This document shows, in pieces, positions 15,919 to 24,607 of a stretch of 44,097 nt of DNA. The stretch spans positions 1,774 through 45,870 of the forward strand of contig JAOZUP010000001.1 of NCBI GenBank assembly GCA_029938595.1, read 5' to 3'. Source of the stretch: Thermoanaerobaculales bacterium. Its GTDB lineage: Bacteria; Acidobacteriota; Thermoanaerobaculia; Thermoanaerobaculales; Sulfomarinibacteraceae. Position 1 is the stretch's first letter, and each line of letters starts with the position of its first letter. The position numbers and the translations under genes were made by a program. A model generated the notes under the pieces. The model worked only from the letters and a program-made list of their open reading frames with translations, was not told the DNA's origin and searched no databases.

Positions 15919-18441
15919 TTATTGAGTGGACCCGACGGAGGACGACCAGGCGCTCGTGTCGCCAGACTCAACTCCATCGGCAAAGACAAGACCCACCGAC
16001 GGTTCGCCCACCCATACTGTCGTTTCGGAGAACGCGCCACCTTCTTCGGTGGTGGCAAAGATCCGGTACGTCGTGGTCACATTCGGGGAGACGGCCACCG
16101 AACCGGACGCCCCTTTCTCGCCGGGTGTCAGGCGGACGCCTGAGTCGAGGTCAACGTCAAGATACGTTCCTGCGGTCAACGTCCACTGAAGTGTTGCCGC
16201 TTCACCGCTGCTGATTACCAAGGGGGTGGCTGACAATACGATGGCTGATTCCGGCGCTGCGGTCACAAAAACCTGCGCCTGGACGCCGTCAACGTCCAAA
16301 GCGGAGATACCAGTGCTCGCCGACCTGGTTCCCGTAGTCGCTGCGAGTGGCGACCCGTTCAGGGTCGCCGTGGAACCGCTCCAGGCCCAGGCCACGAATG
16401 CCTCGGTGCTGCCATCCCCATCACCGGCGGCGCCCACTGGCAAGACCTTCGAGGGCACTGCGTTCAGGACGGCAATCGATGGGACGGACGCGAGCGCCAC
16501 ATTGTTGTCCTGAGACTTCTCGGTACTCGGCACGCCTCCATTTCGAGACACCGTGAGGGCGTTGAGTTGGGAGACGTTTTGCGGACTGACCAGAGAGTCC
16601 CTGTATACGTCCGTGCCAAATGCCGCCGAGTGGATTTCGTTGCGGTTGTAGACGACCCCGTTGATTGGGCCCGCTGCGCGGTCGTCATCAAAGATCGGCA
16701 GCCCGTCATTCGACGCGAACACGCAATCCTCCACCGCTCCCCCCATTGGGAGAGGCGAGCCCCCGAAGCTCACGATCGGCCCGGAAAAAATGGCCGCTCC
16801 AAATGATTGCCATGCCGTTTCTGCGGTTCCGGGGCTGAAAGCATTTTCCAGGAAGACACATTGGTCGAGATCGAGTTGACTGCCTTGCGCAAAGATCGCG
16901 CCACCGAACTGTTCCGCTGAGCTGTTGGCAAAACCGCTCCCGAAAATAGAACCGACAGAGTCGATGACGAATCTGAGGGCTCCTCCCGTGCTCTCGGAAC
17001 CAATGGCGTCGGAGTCTATGAATAAGGAGTCAGTGACGGTGAGGTCGCCAAGCTCCACGCTCAATCCGCCTCCCAGACCTTTGCCGCCTTGTGGCGTTTC
17101 AGTGACATCGCAGTCGCTGAACACGACGTTCTGCAAGACGACTGAGGAACGGTTGGCCGAGGTGGGACCCATCTCGGCAACTCCAGCGAAACCGTACTCC
17201 CTGTTTTTGTCGCCGGCAACGTAGGCGCCTCCGGCAGTTTGAGCCACAGTCGTTACCGAACCGTACCTTCCCTGGATCAATGTGTTCGTTATCACGAGGG
17301 TGCCGTTGGGCCGATTTGTCGATCCGTCAACCGCAGAATCGGCGGAGGCTATGGCCACTGCCGCTCCGAATCCAGTGGACGCATCCCGTCCATCCACCCA
17401 GTTGCCCTGGAAAACCGAATCGTGGATCTCGAGGCGTGCCCGATAGGAGTTGGCGCCACCACCCTTTTCAGCTGTGTTGGTCACGAATCGAGAGTTAAAC
17501 ACCCTCGCGATCGTCTGGTTTTCTACGTGGAGTCCGCCGGCTTCGGGCGGTGAAGGGGTCGTAACAGAGTCATCCGCTTCTGCTCGATTGTCGATGAACG
17601 TACAGTTGGCGACCAGGACCTCCGTCCTTGGAACCTCGACCGGATCCTGCCAGGTTCCGATGGCGTAAAGGCCCCCACCAACGTATCCGGCGTCGTTAGC
17701 CGACAGACGGGTATTCGTGATGCGGAGGGTCGCGTTTCCCACGTGGATCCCGCCGCCGGCGGCGGTGTTTCGGTGATTGGGCAGGGACACGGAGTTGTTG
17801 TTGAATTGCGAGCTGTGGATTACGGCGATGGAGTCGGTGCTGACCCGCAGTCCTCCAGCTTCGTTTTTGGCGACGTTGCCCTGCCACACGCACCGCAGGA
17901 AGTGGGCTGCAGAGGCAGTGACCACCGCGACGCCGCCTCCACCCGTTGTCGGGGCCAATGACGAGTTGTTTTCGAAGGAGCAGTCGATGAACGTGGCGTC
18001 GGCTCTGCTCAACGTGACGCCACCGGCTATCCCGTCGCTGGTCGACCTGCCATTGCGAATCACCAGGTTCTGAAACACTATGGATCCGCCCGCCGATGGC
18101 GTCGAGTTGTGGAGTTGGAAAACCGGTTGAATTCCTGCTCCGTCCAGGACTACGGATTCGGCCACGAGTGCCCGAATGGTGAATGCCTTTCCGAGATTGT
18201 TGTAAGCGAACCCTCCGGAATACGTGCCTGCAGCCAGCTCGACGATCCCGCCGTCTGGAACCATCGAAATGGCCTGGTCCAGGGTCACGGCATCGCCCGG
18301 AACGTGAATGACCGTCGTGCTGTATCCCGGTGTACTGGTGAAGGCAGCCGCCATCACCACGATCGGCACGAATAGACGTTGCCATCGGTCTTTTGGGAAT
18401 GTCCAGAAAATCAACGATCGACCCCTATTCCACTTTAACAA
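15919..18441 (-). CDS. Secreted right-handed parallel beta-helix repeat protein (Pmp-like GG[AGL][ILV] / FxxN repeats)
   Basis: 840-aa ORF with signal-like N-terminus KDRWQRLFVPIVVMAAAFTS. Many repeats, for example GGVTLSRADATFIDCSFENNSS, GGLHVENQTIARVFNSRFVTNTA and FGGAIFAQGSQLDLDQCVFLENAF. The C-terminal tail is FADGVESGDTSAWSSSVGSTQ. The start is uncertain: TTG 18441, or TTG 18414 preceded by AGGGG. Confidence 0.7.
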   Translation of the reverse strand: MLKWNRGRSLIFWTFPKDRWQRLFVPIVVMAAAFTSTPGYSTTVIHVPGDAVTLDQAISMVPDGGIVELAAGTYSGGFAYNNLGKAFTIRALVAESVVLDGAGIQPVFQLHNSTPSAGGSIVFQNLVIRNGRSTSDGIAGGVTLSRADATFIDCSFENNSSLAPTTGGGGVAVVTASAAHFLRCVWQGNVAKNEAGGLRVSTDSIAVIHSSQFNNNSVSLPNHRNTAAGGGIHVGNATLRITNTRLSANDAGYVGGGLYAIGTWQDPVEVPRTEVLVANCTFIDNRAEADDSVTTPSPPEAGGLHVENQTIARVFNSRFVTNTAEKGGGANSYRARLEIHDSVFQGNWVDGRDASTGFGAAVAIASADSAVDGSTNRPNGTLVITNTLIQGRYGSVTTVAQTAGGAYVAGDKNREYGFAGVAEMGPTSANRSSVVLQNVVFSDCDVTETPQGGKGLGGGLSVELGDLTVTDSLFIDSDAIGSESTGGALRFVIDSVGSIFGSGFANSSAEQFGGAIFAQGSQLDLDQCVFLENAFSPGTAETAWQSFGAAIFSGPIVSFGGSPLPMGGAVEDCVFASNDGLPIFDDDRAAGPINGVVYNRNEIHSAAFGTDVYRDSLVSPQNVSQLNALTVSRNGGVPSTEKSQDNNVALASVPSIAVLNAVPSKVLPVGAAGDGDGSTEAFVAWAWSGSTATLNGSPLAATTGTRSASTGISALDVDGVQAQVFVTAAPESAIVLSATPLVISSGEAATLQWTLTAGTYLDVDLDSGVRLTPGEKGASGSVAVSPNVTTTYRIFATTEEGGAFSETTVWVGEPSVGLVFADGVESGDTSAWSSSVGSTQ

Positions 18442-18495
18442 GAGGTTGACTCACGTTCGGCGTGTTTAACAAGAGATTGACTCGCGTTCTGCGTG
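18434..18495 (-). promoter_or_regulatory. Head-to-tail tandem 31-bp direct repeat at the 5' end of the beta-helix gene
   Basis: tttaacaagaggttgactcacgttcggcgtg and tttaacaagagattgactcgcgttctgcgtg are 28/31 identical. In gene sense each unit reads ...GAAC-N16-TTAAA.... A regulatory role is inferred, not shown. Confidence 0.5.
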
Positions 18496-18564
18496 GACCG
18501 ACGGTGCCCTGTGATCCCCGACACACGGGTCAGCTCAGTGTATCGACAACGATACGGGCTCGTA

Positions 18565-20538
18565 TCACTCCGGGCTGTTCGGAATCAGATATCCGAGAGC
18601 ACGGAGTCGTTCGACCTCTTCATCGGTAAGCGACGAATCGCTTGGAACAGAGACGACAGCCTCGTCAACCATTCCGGTGGTTGTTGCGACAATCGACTGT
18701 TGGCGAAGCGAAGTGGCGATGTGCCGCCATTCCGGGTCCTCGATCAGGTTGTTGCTTTCCGTCGGATCGTTTTGGACATCGAACAACTGTTCGCCGCTTG
18801 CGATACGGGCCACCAGTGGTGAGTTGCCCTTTGGATGGAGATGACGTTTCAGCACGTAGTCTCGAGGAAACGACCAACGGGAAATGTATTTGATGTGCTC
18901 GGTACGCACATAGTGTGCACCTGTGTTTGAGCTCGTGCCAAAGGCCAGTGGTGAGTCTTCCTTCCGGTCTCCGCTGATGGTCGGTAAAAGGCTCCGCCCT
19001 CGGAACGTCTCCGGGGCCGGTACTCCGATTTCGTCGAGAATGGTCGGTGCGACGTCAATGAGTCGGGTCAGCTCGTTCACTCGAAGGCCTGCAAAGCGGT
19101 TGTCCCCTAGCTTTATGACAAGGGGGATACGGATTTCGTCCTCCTTGAGGAACAACCCGTGTCCAATCCAGATCTCGTGATCAAATAAGCTCTCGCCATG
19201 GTCAGAGGTGACGACAATTGTCGACTTCTCGTAAAGCCCCGAGTCTTGGAGGAACTCGAGCATTTCACCAATGGCTGCATCCACTCTCATGATTCCCTCG
19301 TCGTACGCCGCAATGGTGTCTTCGACGCACCGGAAACGATCCAAATCAAGGTAGTCGTGGTACCCGAGAGTCTTGAAAACCGACATCGGTGGGTAACGAG
19401 TTTCCTCCGGATTGATGAGCTGCCGTAGCCGGCCGGCAAATGGAGACTGTGTCCCGTACGGGCCGTGCACATCCATGATGTGCCAGAAGACAAACACCCG
19501 ATCAGCGGATGCGTCAGAGAGCCATTCCAAGAGACGCTGTTTTGTGATTCCGACCCCCCACCGCGGGGCCGGTCGCGGCGGCGCGGTGGCGTCGTAGTGA
19601 TCGAACCCCCGGTCGAATCCGAATCGACCCAGCCAAGGAGTGTCCACAAATCCGGCCGAAGTCCATCCGGCCTCCGAGGTTGCCTCGGCAATCGTCACCA
19701 ATTCACTCGGAATGTCCTTCTCTGCCGTGGTGCCATGGAAGAAGGGGTCCGTCGAGGTGAAAAGTGAGGCATGTGAAGGAATCGTCCAGGGCGATGGCGC
19801 AACCGTTTTGTTGAATACGACGCTGTCCTCAGCGAGTCGGATCAAGTTGGGAGTGGGGGCCATCCCCCCGTAAAGCTCCATTCGATCAGATCTGAGAGTG
19901 TCTACCGATATCAACAGGACCATCCCTGTTGGACGGATCGTCGATGAAATCTCGTACTTGATATGTGGATCTCCCCAGACCACCTGAGCGTTTTCGCACG
20001 ATCCGCTCTGACACTCAGTTCGCAGCACGAGTTGGGTCGATTGACTGGAGCAGGGATCGAGAGAAACCTCGCGATCACCCCAGCTTTGGGCTGTGCGATC
20101 AGAAACATTCGACAGCTTCTCGCGGAGCAATTCAACCTCGGCGCCACCCTGGCCAAGACATGTGATGTGAGCCACTATTCCGTCCCCCGGGTGTCCAGGA
20201 GCCGCAACAGTTGAAGCCAAACCGAGCAGAAGCCGATTTCCTGGCCCAGATGGTACTTTCTGAAAAACCAGTGCGGACTCGACAGCCTGACCAATCGACA
20301 ACCGGCGATCGAATCCTAATTGAATCCACCCGAGAGTGGCGTCGGGTTTCTCGTTACCATGCCGTTTCGCAGTGTGGAGGCTCGCCACCAGGTGGTATTC
20401 CTGCCGCGATGTTGTTGGTGCGATTTCTCGGGCGCTATCGCAACACACCGTCGCTGAAAAAAGCCCCGGGACCAATACGAGTCGGGCAAGACGGGCTGGA
20501 CTAATGCGAGCACGATTGAATAGAATCCTACGTGTCAT
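18565..20538 (-). CDS. Alkaline-phosphatase-superfamily (sulfatase-fold) protein, Thr-type, with N-terminal beta-rich module
   Basis: LLISVDTLRSD, SPWTIPSHASLFTS (Thr at the Cys/Ser formylglycine position, His at the Arg position) and VVTSDHGES. N-terminus has a hydrophobic signal, LVLVPGLFSATVCC. The tail is EEVERLRALGYLIPNSPE. Confidence 0.8.
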   Translation of the reverse strand: MTRRILFNRARISPARLARLVLVPGLFSATVCCDSAREIAPTTSRQEYHLVASLHTAKRHGNEKPDATLGWIQLGFDRRLSIGQAVESALVFQKVPSGPGNRLLLGLASTVAAPGHPGDGIVAHITCLGQGGAEVELLREKLSNVSDRTAQSWGDREVSLDPCSSQSTQLVLRTECQSGSCENAQVVWGDPHIKYEISSTIRPTGMVLLISVDTLRSDRMELYGGMAPTPNLIRLAEDSVVFNKTVAPSPWTIPSHASLFTSTDPFFHGTTAEKDIPSELVTIAEATSEAGWTSAGFVDTPWLGRFGFDRGFDHYDATAPPRPAPRWGVGITKQRLLEWLSDASADRVFVFWHIMDVHGPYGTQSPFAGRLRQLINPEETRYPPMSVFKTLGYHDYLDLDRFRCVEDTIAAYDEGIMRVDAAIGEMLEFLQDSGLYEKSTIVVTSDHGESLFDHEIWIGHGLFLKEDEIRIPLVIKLGDNRFAGLRVNELTRLIDVAPTILDEIGVPAPETFRGRSLLPTISGDRKEDSPLAFGTSSNTGAHYVRTEHIKYISRWSFPRDYVLKRHLHPKGNSPLVARIASGEQLFDVQNDPTESNNLIEDPEWRHIATSLRQQSIVATTTGMVDEAVVSVPSDSSLTDEEVERLRALGYLIPNSPE

Positions 20539-20597
20539 CAGTTGCCGATTGTAACAGCTGTAGCTGGGGAGATTTCAGTATGTTCTTCGAGACGGGA

Positions 20598-20617
20598 AAC
20601 GCCGAATCGTGAGTCAA
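20598..20617 (+). promoter_or_regulatory. Third copy of the 19-nt core of the 31-bp repeat, in sense orientation upstream of the GT2 gene
   Basis: aacgccgaatcgtgagtcaa. Its reverse complement ttgactcacgattcggcgtt matches 18446-18464 at 18 positions with a 1-nt insertion. Confidence 0.45.
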
Positions 20618-20628
20618 CACGCTTCTTC

Positions 20629-21783
20629 ATGATTCCTGTTAGTGACACCATGCGGCGTAGTAAAAGTCGGCCGGAATTTTCGGTCGTGATGCCGACGTAC
20701 AACCGGGCCGCCACCCTGAAGAAGATGCTCGGTGCCTGGGAGAGACAGACTCCGGGTGATCTCCCTTTCGAGGTCGTAGTGGTGGATGACGGGTCCCAGG
20801 ACGAGACGCCCGAAGTGATTGCCTGTTGGCAACCGTCGCGGTACTCGCTGGTAGGGCTGCGACAGGAAAACCAGGGACCGGCGATGGCGCGGAACTACGG
20901 GTTGGCGGCATCAATGGGGAAGTGGGTCCTCTTCACCGGTGATGACATCGAGCCGGCCCCCGACCTGTTGAAATGGCACATCGATTCCCACCGGCACCTG
21001 AATGACGATCGTTGGGCCGTACTGGGAAGAATTTCGTGGCCTCGAGAGCTCGAGGTCACATCGACCATGCGCCACGTCGACGGGGTCGGAGCGCAACAGT
21101 TCAGCTACCACTTCATGAAGGATGGCGACGAGTTCGATTATCGTCATTTCTACACCTCCAACGTTTCGGCATCGAGACGAATGCTCGACGAAGAGACTGC
21201 TGGCTTTAGCGGTGACTTCTCCGCGGCAGCGTTCGAGGATGCCGAGTACTCGTACCGACTCTGCCGCCGTGGGATGCGGATCGTTTACCAGGCGTCCGCG
21301 CGAGCTTGGCACCACCACCCCTATGATGCCCGCTCGTTCTTCAAGCGTCAGGTTTCGTGTGGGCGGATGGCCGCAGTTCTGATTCGCAAATGGCCGCAAA
21401 CACGGCGGCTCATCGGCGGCCACCAGATCGCGCGATCGCGCCTTCGGGAAAGGCTAATTTTTGGCGCCCACCGGCGGCGTTTGAGAGAGGTTGGGGAGTG
21501 TCTCGAAACGGTGGAGGATTGTGCGCTCGAGCTCGCGTCGGGGTTCGATGTGCCGGCTACGACCGTGGTCGATCCGTTTCTGCAGAAGCTCTTCCACTAC
21601 GGCTACCTCAAGGGTCTCGTGACGGCAAACAAGAGCGAGGGCGTGGCGAGGCGCCTGTGCGCCTTCTGGTTCACAAACCTAGTGGGCGATGGTTTTTTGA
21701 GCATTCGGCATGAGTTCGAAAAACGAGGCTCAAAAGCCGATGCCGAGAACCTGAACGGGCTTCTCGAATTAACTCGGCGTTAG
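20629..21783 (+). CDS. Family 2 glycosyltransferase with ~150-aa C-terminal extension
   Basis: EFSVVMPTYNRAATLKKML, VVVVDDGSQDET, VLFTGDDIEP. Start is uncertain: ATG 20629 or 20650. The track ORF begins at TTG 20542. Confidence 0.75.
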   Translation: MIPVSDTMRRSKSRPEFSVVMPTYNRAATLKKMLGAWERQTPGDLPFEVVVVDDGSQDETPEVIACWQPSRYSLVGLRQENQGPAMARNYGLAASMGKWVLFTGDDIEPAPDLLKWHIDSHRHLNDDRWAVLGRISWPRELEVTSTMRHVDGVGAQQFSYHFMKDGDEFDYRHFYTSNVSASRRMLDEETAGFSGDFSAAAFEDAEYSYRLCRRGMRIVYQASARAWHHHPYDARSFFKRQVSCGRMAAVLIRKWPQTRRLIGGHQIARSRLRERLIFGAHRRRLREVGECLETVEDCALELASGFDVPATTVVDPFLQKLFHYGYLKGLVTANKSEGVARRLCAFWFTNLVGDGFLSIRHEFEKRGSKADAENLNGLLELTRR

Positions 21784-22748
21784 CCCGCAGCGGCCAGGGT
21801 TGCGACGGCTGCTCCGTGGAAGGGGTGCGACGGGTCGATGATCGCGTCGTACGCCGGCGACGGCTGTTCAGAATTTCCGCGAAGCACAAGGAGTCGGTCG
21901 AGAATCCCGTCACAGCCGAAGCTCGGCATTGAGTTCCACGCCAGTTGGACGAGCTCGTCCAGGCCGGAGCCCTCTCCAAGGGAGGAGCCGAGCAGCCGAT
22001 ATGCGTGGCGGGCGACGACCCATTGGATCTCGAACCGCATCGGTCCGACCTCCGTCCCGGCACCCTCCTTGATCGTATTATCGGCGTGGACGCGGTACTT
22101 GACCAACGGTTCGGGAACCAGCCTGAGCCCTCCATGGTGGCATGCCGCCAGGATGAACTCCCAGTCATGAGCATAGCGCAGGGGTTGGAATCTTAGACCA
22201 TGCTCCTCGACCAGGGAACGGCGGAACACGAGGTTCGAAGTCGTTGAGACAAAGTTGGTCTCGAGCAACGCCAACGCGGGGTGCCCAAGGTCGGAGAGAT
22301 AGGGGCCGCCGGTCGGGGGCGGCCACGGCGGAAGGTTGTGCCAGCCCTCCTTGACCCCGAGCTCGTTTCCGTGGTCGTCGATGATCTGGATCCAGGAGGA
22401 GGCGAGTGCGGCTTCGGGGTGGGCGCGAAGCTCGTCAACGAGCCGGGGGAGGCGATTCGGTGGGAACGCGTCATCCGAGTTGAGTATGAACAGAAACTCG
22501 CCACGGGCGTTCTCCAAAGCGCGGTTGAGGGCTGCGTGGGCGCCGCGGTTCTCCTGCTCGAGGACGCGTACCCTGTCGTCGCGCGACACCAACCGAAGCC
22601 GCTCCCTCGAATCGTCTGTCGATCCGTCGTCGACGACGACGACCTCGATGCCATCGATCTCCGAAGCAAGAGCGCTCCCGATCGCCTCCTCGATGAAACA
22701 ACCGTGGTTGTACGAGGGCACGAGCACGCTGACGGTGGGTTGGGTCAT
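21780..22748 (-). CDS. Family 2 glycosyltransferase
   Basis: From ATG 22748: MTQPTVSVLVPSYNHGCFIEEAIGS, VVVVDDGSTDDS, LFILNSDDAF. An ATGA overlap (22745-22748) joins it to the upstream gene's stop. Confidence 0.8.
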   Translation of the reverse strand: MTQPTVSVLVPSYNHGCFIEEAIGSALASEIDGIEVVVVDDGSTDDSRERLRLVSRDDRVRVLEQENRGAHAALNRALENARGEFLFILNSDDAFPPNRLPRLVDELRAHPEAALASSWIQIIDDHGNELGVKEGWHNLPPWPPPTGGPYLSDLGHPALALLETNFVSTTSNLVFRRSLVEEHGLRFQPLRYAHDWEFILAACHHGGLRLVPEPLVKYRVHADNTIKEGAGTEVGPMRFEIQWVVARHAYRLLGSSLGEGSGLDELVQLAWNSMPSFGCDGILDRLLVLRGNSEQPSPAYDAIIDPSHPFHGAAVATLAAAG

Positions 22749-24607
22749 CTCTTCGGAAAGATAGCAGTTTCGTAGTCCGACACAAACCGCTCGGCTCCAA
22801 ACCTGGCGCTGACCTGGAAGCGTCCACGGTGTCCCTCGCGTCGCCGTCGATCGGGGTCCATGAGTTCCCGGATCCCCGAAACCAGGCCGTCGATATTTCC
22901 TGGCGTGTCGACAACCACGCCGCCGCCGTCCTCCAGCAGGAGAGGAATATCTCCGACGCCAGGTGCGACGCACGGGATAGCCCGTGCGAGACCGTCGAGG
23001 AGGAAGACCGGCAGGCCCTCGAAGGACGAGGTGAGCAGACAGATGTCTATCGCGTCGTAGAGATCGAGAACGTCGCCCCTCATCGGCAGCCGGGTGAGGT
23101 TCGGAGGGCCGTCCCTACGCAGCTCGTCATCCACCGCGGCATCGAGGGGGCCGCCGCCCACCAATAGGAAATGAACGCCGTCGTTCACCAGGTCTCTTGC
23201 GACCCGTATCACGTCGAGGGGTCTTTTCTGGGGGTGCATTCGGATGAAGGTACCGACTACGACCTTGTCTTGAGGGAGATCAAGCGCCTCGCGTCGTTCA
23301 TGTTTGAGCACGTCTCGGCGCTCAGCGGATTGTTCGACGGGGATATCGACGCCGTGGTGAATCGCGGTGATCTTGGCGGCTGGAACGGCCCGCTCATCGG
23401 CGAGCGCGTGGGCGATTCGGGTGTTGATGGCGATGTGAAGGTCGGTTGACTTCATCACGGTTGGACAGTAGTGCTCGATCCAGCCGCCGCTGTGGTTGTA
23501 GAGCTGGTTGACGATGCGGATCGACGGAAAGCGCCGTTTGATCGCATCGACGTGGTCGTAGAAACAGATGTTCCCGTTCCAGCACACGAGGCTCTCCACG
23601 CGCCAGCGACGGAGGAGATGGCGGAGGGCAGAGGGGATGGCCTCCGGCGGAAGCCAGTCACCGAGGGTGTAGACGTGGGAGGTCAGCTCGCGAAAAGTAT
23701 CCACCGTCTGTCCGAGGCTCGAGAGATGCGGGTCGGTGGTTACGACGAGCAGTCGATACCGGTCGCGAAGACCGTGGATGAGTGCAAGGAGGAGCTTCTC
23801 CGCGCCGCCGACCGCGAGGTAAGGGAGCAGGAAGAGGGCGGTTCGTGGCCCGTCCACTGCCGGGAGGTCTTGCAGAACCGCCTCCACGTCACGCACCGGG
23901 CTGCGGACGATGGAACCGGGTCTCACGCCGTGGCGCAACCTGTAGACGCCGGAGGCCGTCGAGAACGGTTCGGCAGAATCCACGCAGTTCGCAAGCCGAG
24001 CGGCGCTGCTGAGATGTGGGACCGCCCTTCCGGTGACGGCTTGCCGGTCGCGCCGATCGGCGTGAGGGAGCTTCACGAGAACGCTGGAGGCTTCGTCGAG
24101 CTCAGGGTCTCGTGCGATCCGGCCGGACGGACCGAATCGCCCCGGCGCGGGTTCAGCCCATCCGGCGACCGTCCATTCGAGGTCCTCGGCACAGGTTGCC
24201 ATCAGGAGGGACTCCAGGTGAGTGAAAGGCAGGCCGTCGAGTCCTTTTCCCGCCGAGAAAACAAATTCCGGGCTCGACCCTGTCTCCGACGTTGTGATCA
24301 CCGAGTGCTCGGTCTGTTGGTCGAGGAAGCTCGAGATCAGCTCGGCTGAAACACTCTGTCCGGCAGTGATGACGATCGCGGGGTGGGGGATGGCGACCGC
24401 CTCTGACGGTGTCGGTGTCGGCACTACACGGGGCGGGCTAACGTTCCCCAGGCGACCACGGAGGGAGTAGACCGCGAGCGAGAGCACCCGTCGAACTCGG
24501 CGGCCGAGTGCGCGCAGCGGCCGATTGTGCTCCCAGAAGAGCGCCTGAACGCGGTATCGAAACCCCTGGGACCGCAATTCAGTCGGCCCCGAGAAAGACC
24601 GCCGCAT
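22745..24607 (-). CDS. Two-domain protein: unassigned ~300-aa N-domain + GT4 glycosyltransferase
   Basis: GT4 part: LLPYLAVGGAEKLLLALIHGL ... FEGLPVFLLDGLARAIPCVAPGVGDI. N-domain contains LPFTHLESLLMATCAEDL. Start placed at ATG 24607 (MRRSFSGPTELR...), overlapping the upstream stop by 29 nt. Confidence 0.7.
   Translation of the reverse strand: MRRSFSGPTELRSQGFRYRVQALFWEHNRPLRALGRRVRRVLSLAVYSLRGRLGNVSPPRVVPTPTPSEAVAIPHPAIVITAGQSVSAELISSFLDQQTEHSVITTSETGSSPEFVFSAGKGLDGLPFTHLESLLMATCAEDLEWTVAGWAEPAPGRFGPSGRIARDPELDEASSVLVKLPHADRRDRQAVTGRAVPHLSSAARLANCVDSAEPFSTASGVYRLRHGVRPGSIVRSPVRDVEAVLQDLPAVDGPRTALFLLPYLAVGGAEKLLLALIHGLRDRYRLLVVTTDPHLSSLGQTVDTFRELTSHVYTLGDWLPPEAIPSALRHLLRRWRVESLVCWNGNICFYDHVDAIKRRFPSIRIVNQLYNHSGGWIEHYCPTVMKSTDLHIAINTRIAHALADERAVPAAKITAIHHGVDIPVEQSAERRDVLKHERREALDLPQDKVVVGTFIRMHPQKRPLDVIRVARDLVNDGVHFLLVGGGPLDAAVDDELRRDGPPNLTRLPMRGDVLDLYDAIDICLLTSSFEGLPVFLLDGLARAIPCVAPGVGDIPLLLEDGGGVVVDTPGNIDGLVSGIRELMDPDRRRREGHRGRFQVSARFGAERFVSDYETAIFPKR

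Noticed and set aside
17696-18385. 229-aa same-strand alternative-frame ORF within the beta-helix gene
   Set aside because: Arg-rich shadow ORF. The main frame carries regular beta-helix repeats.
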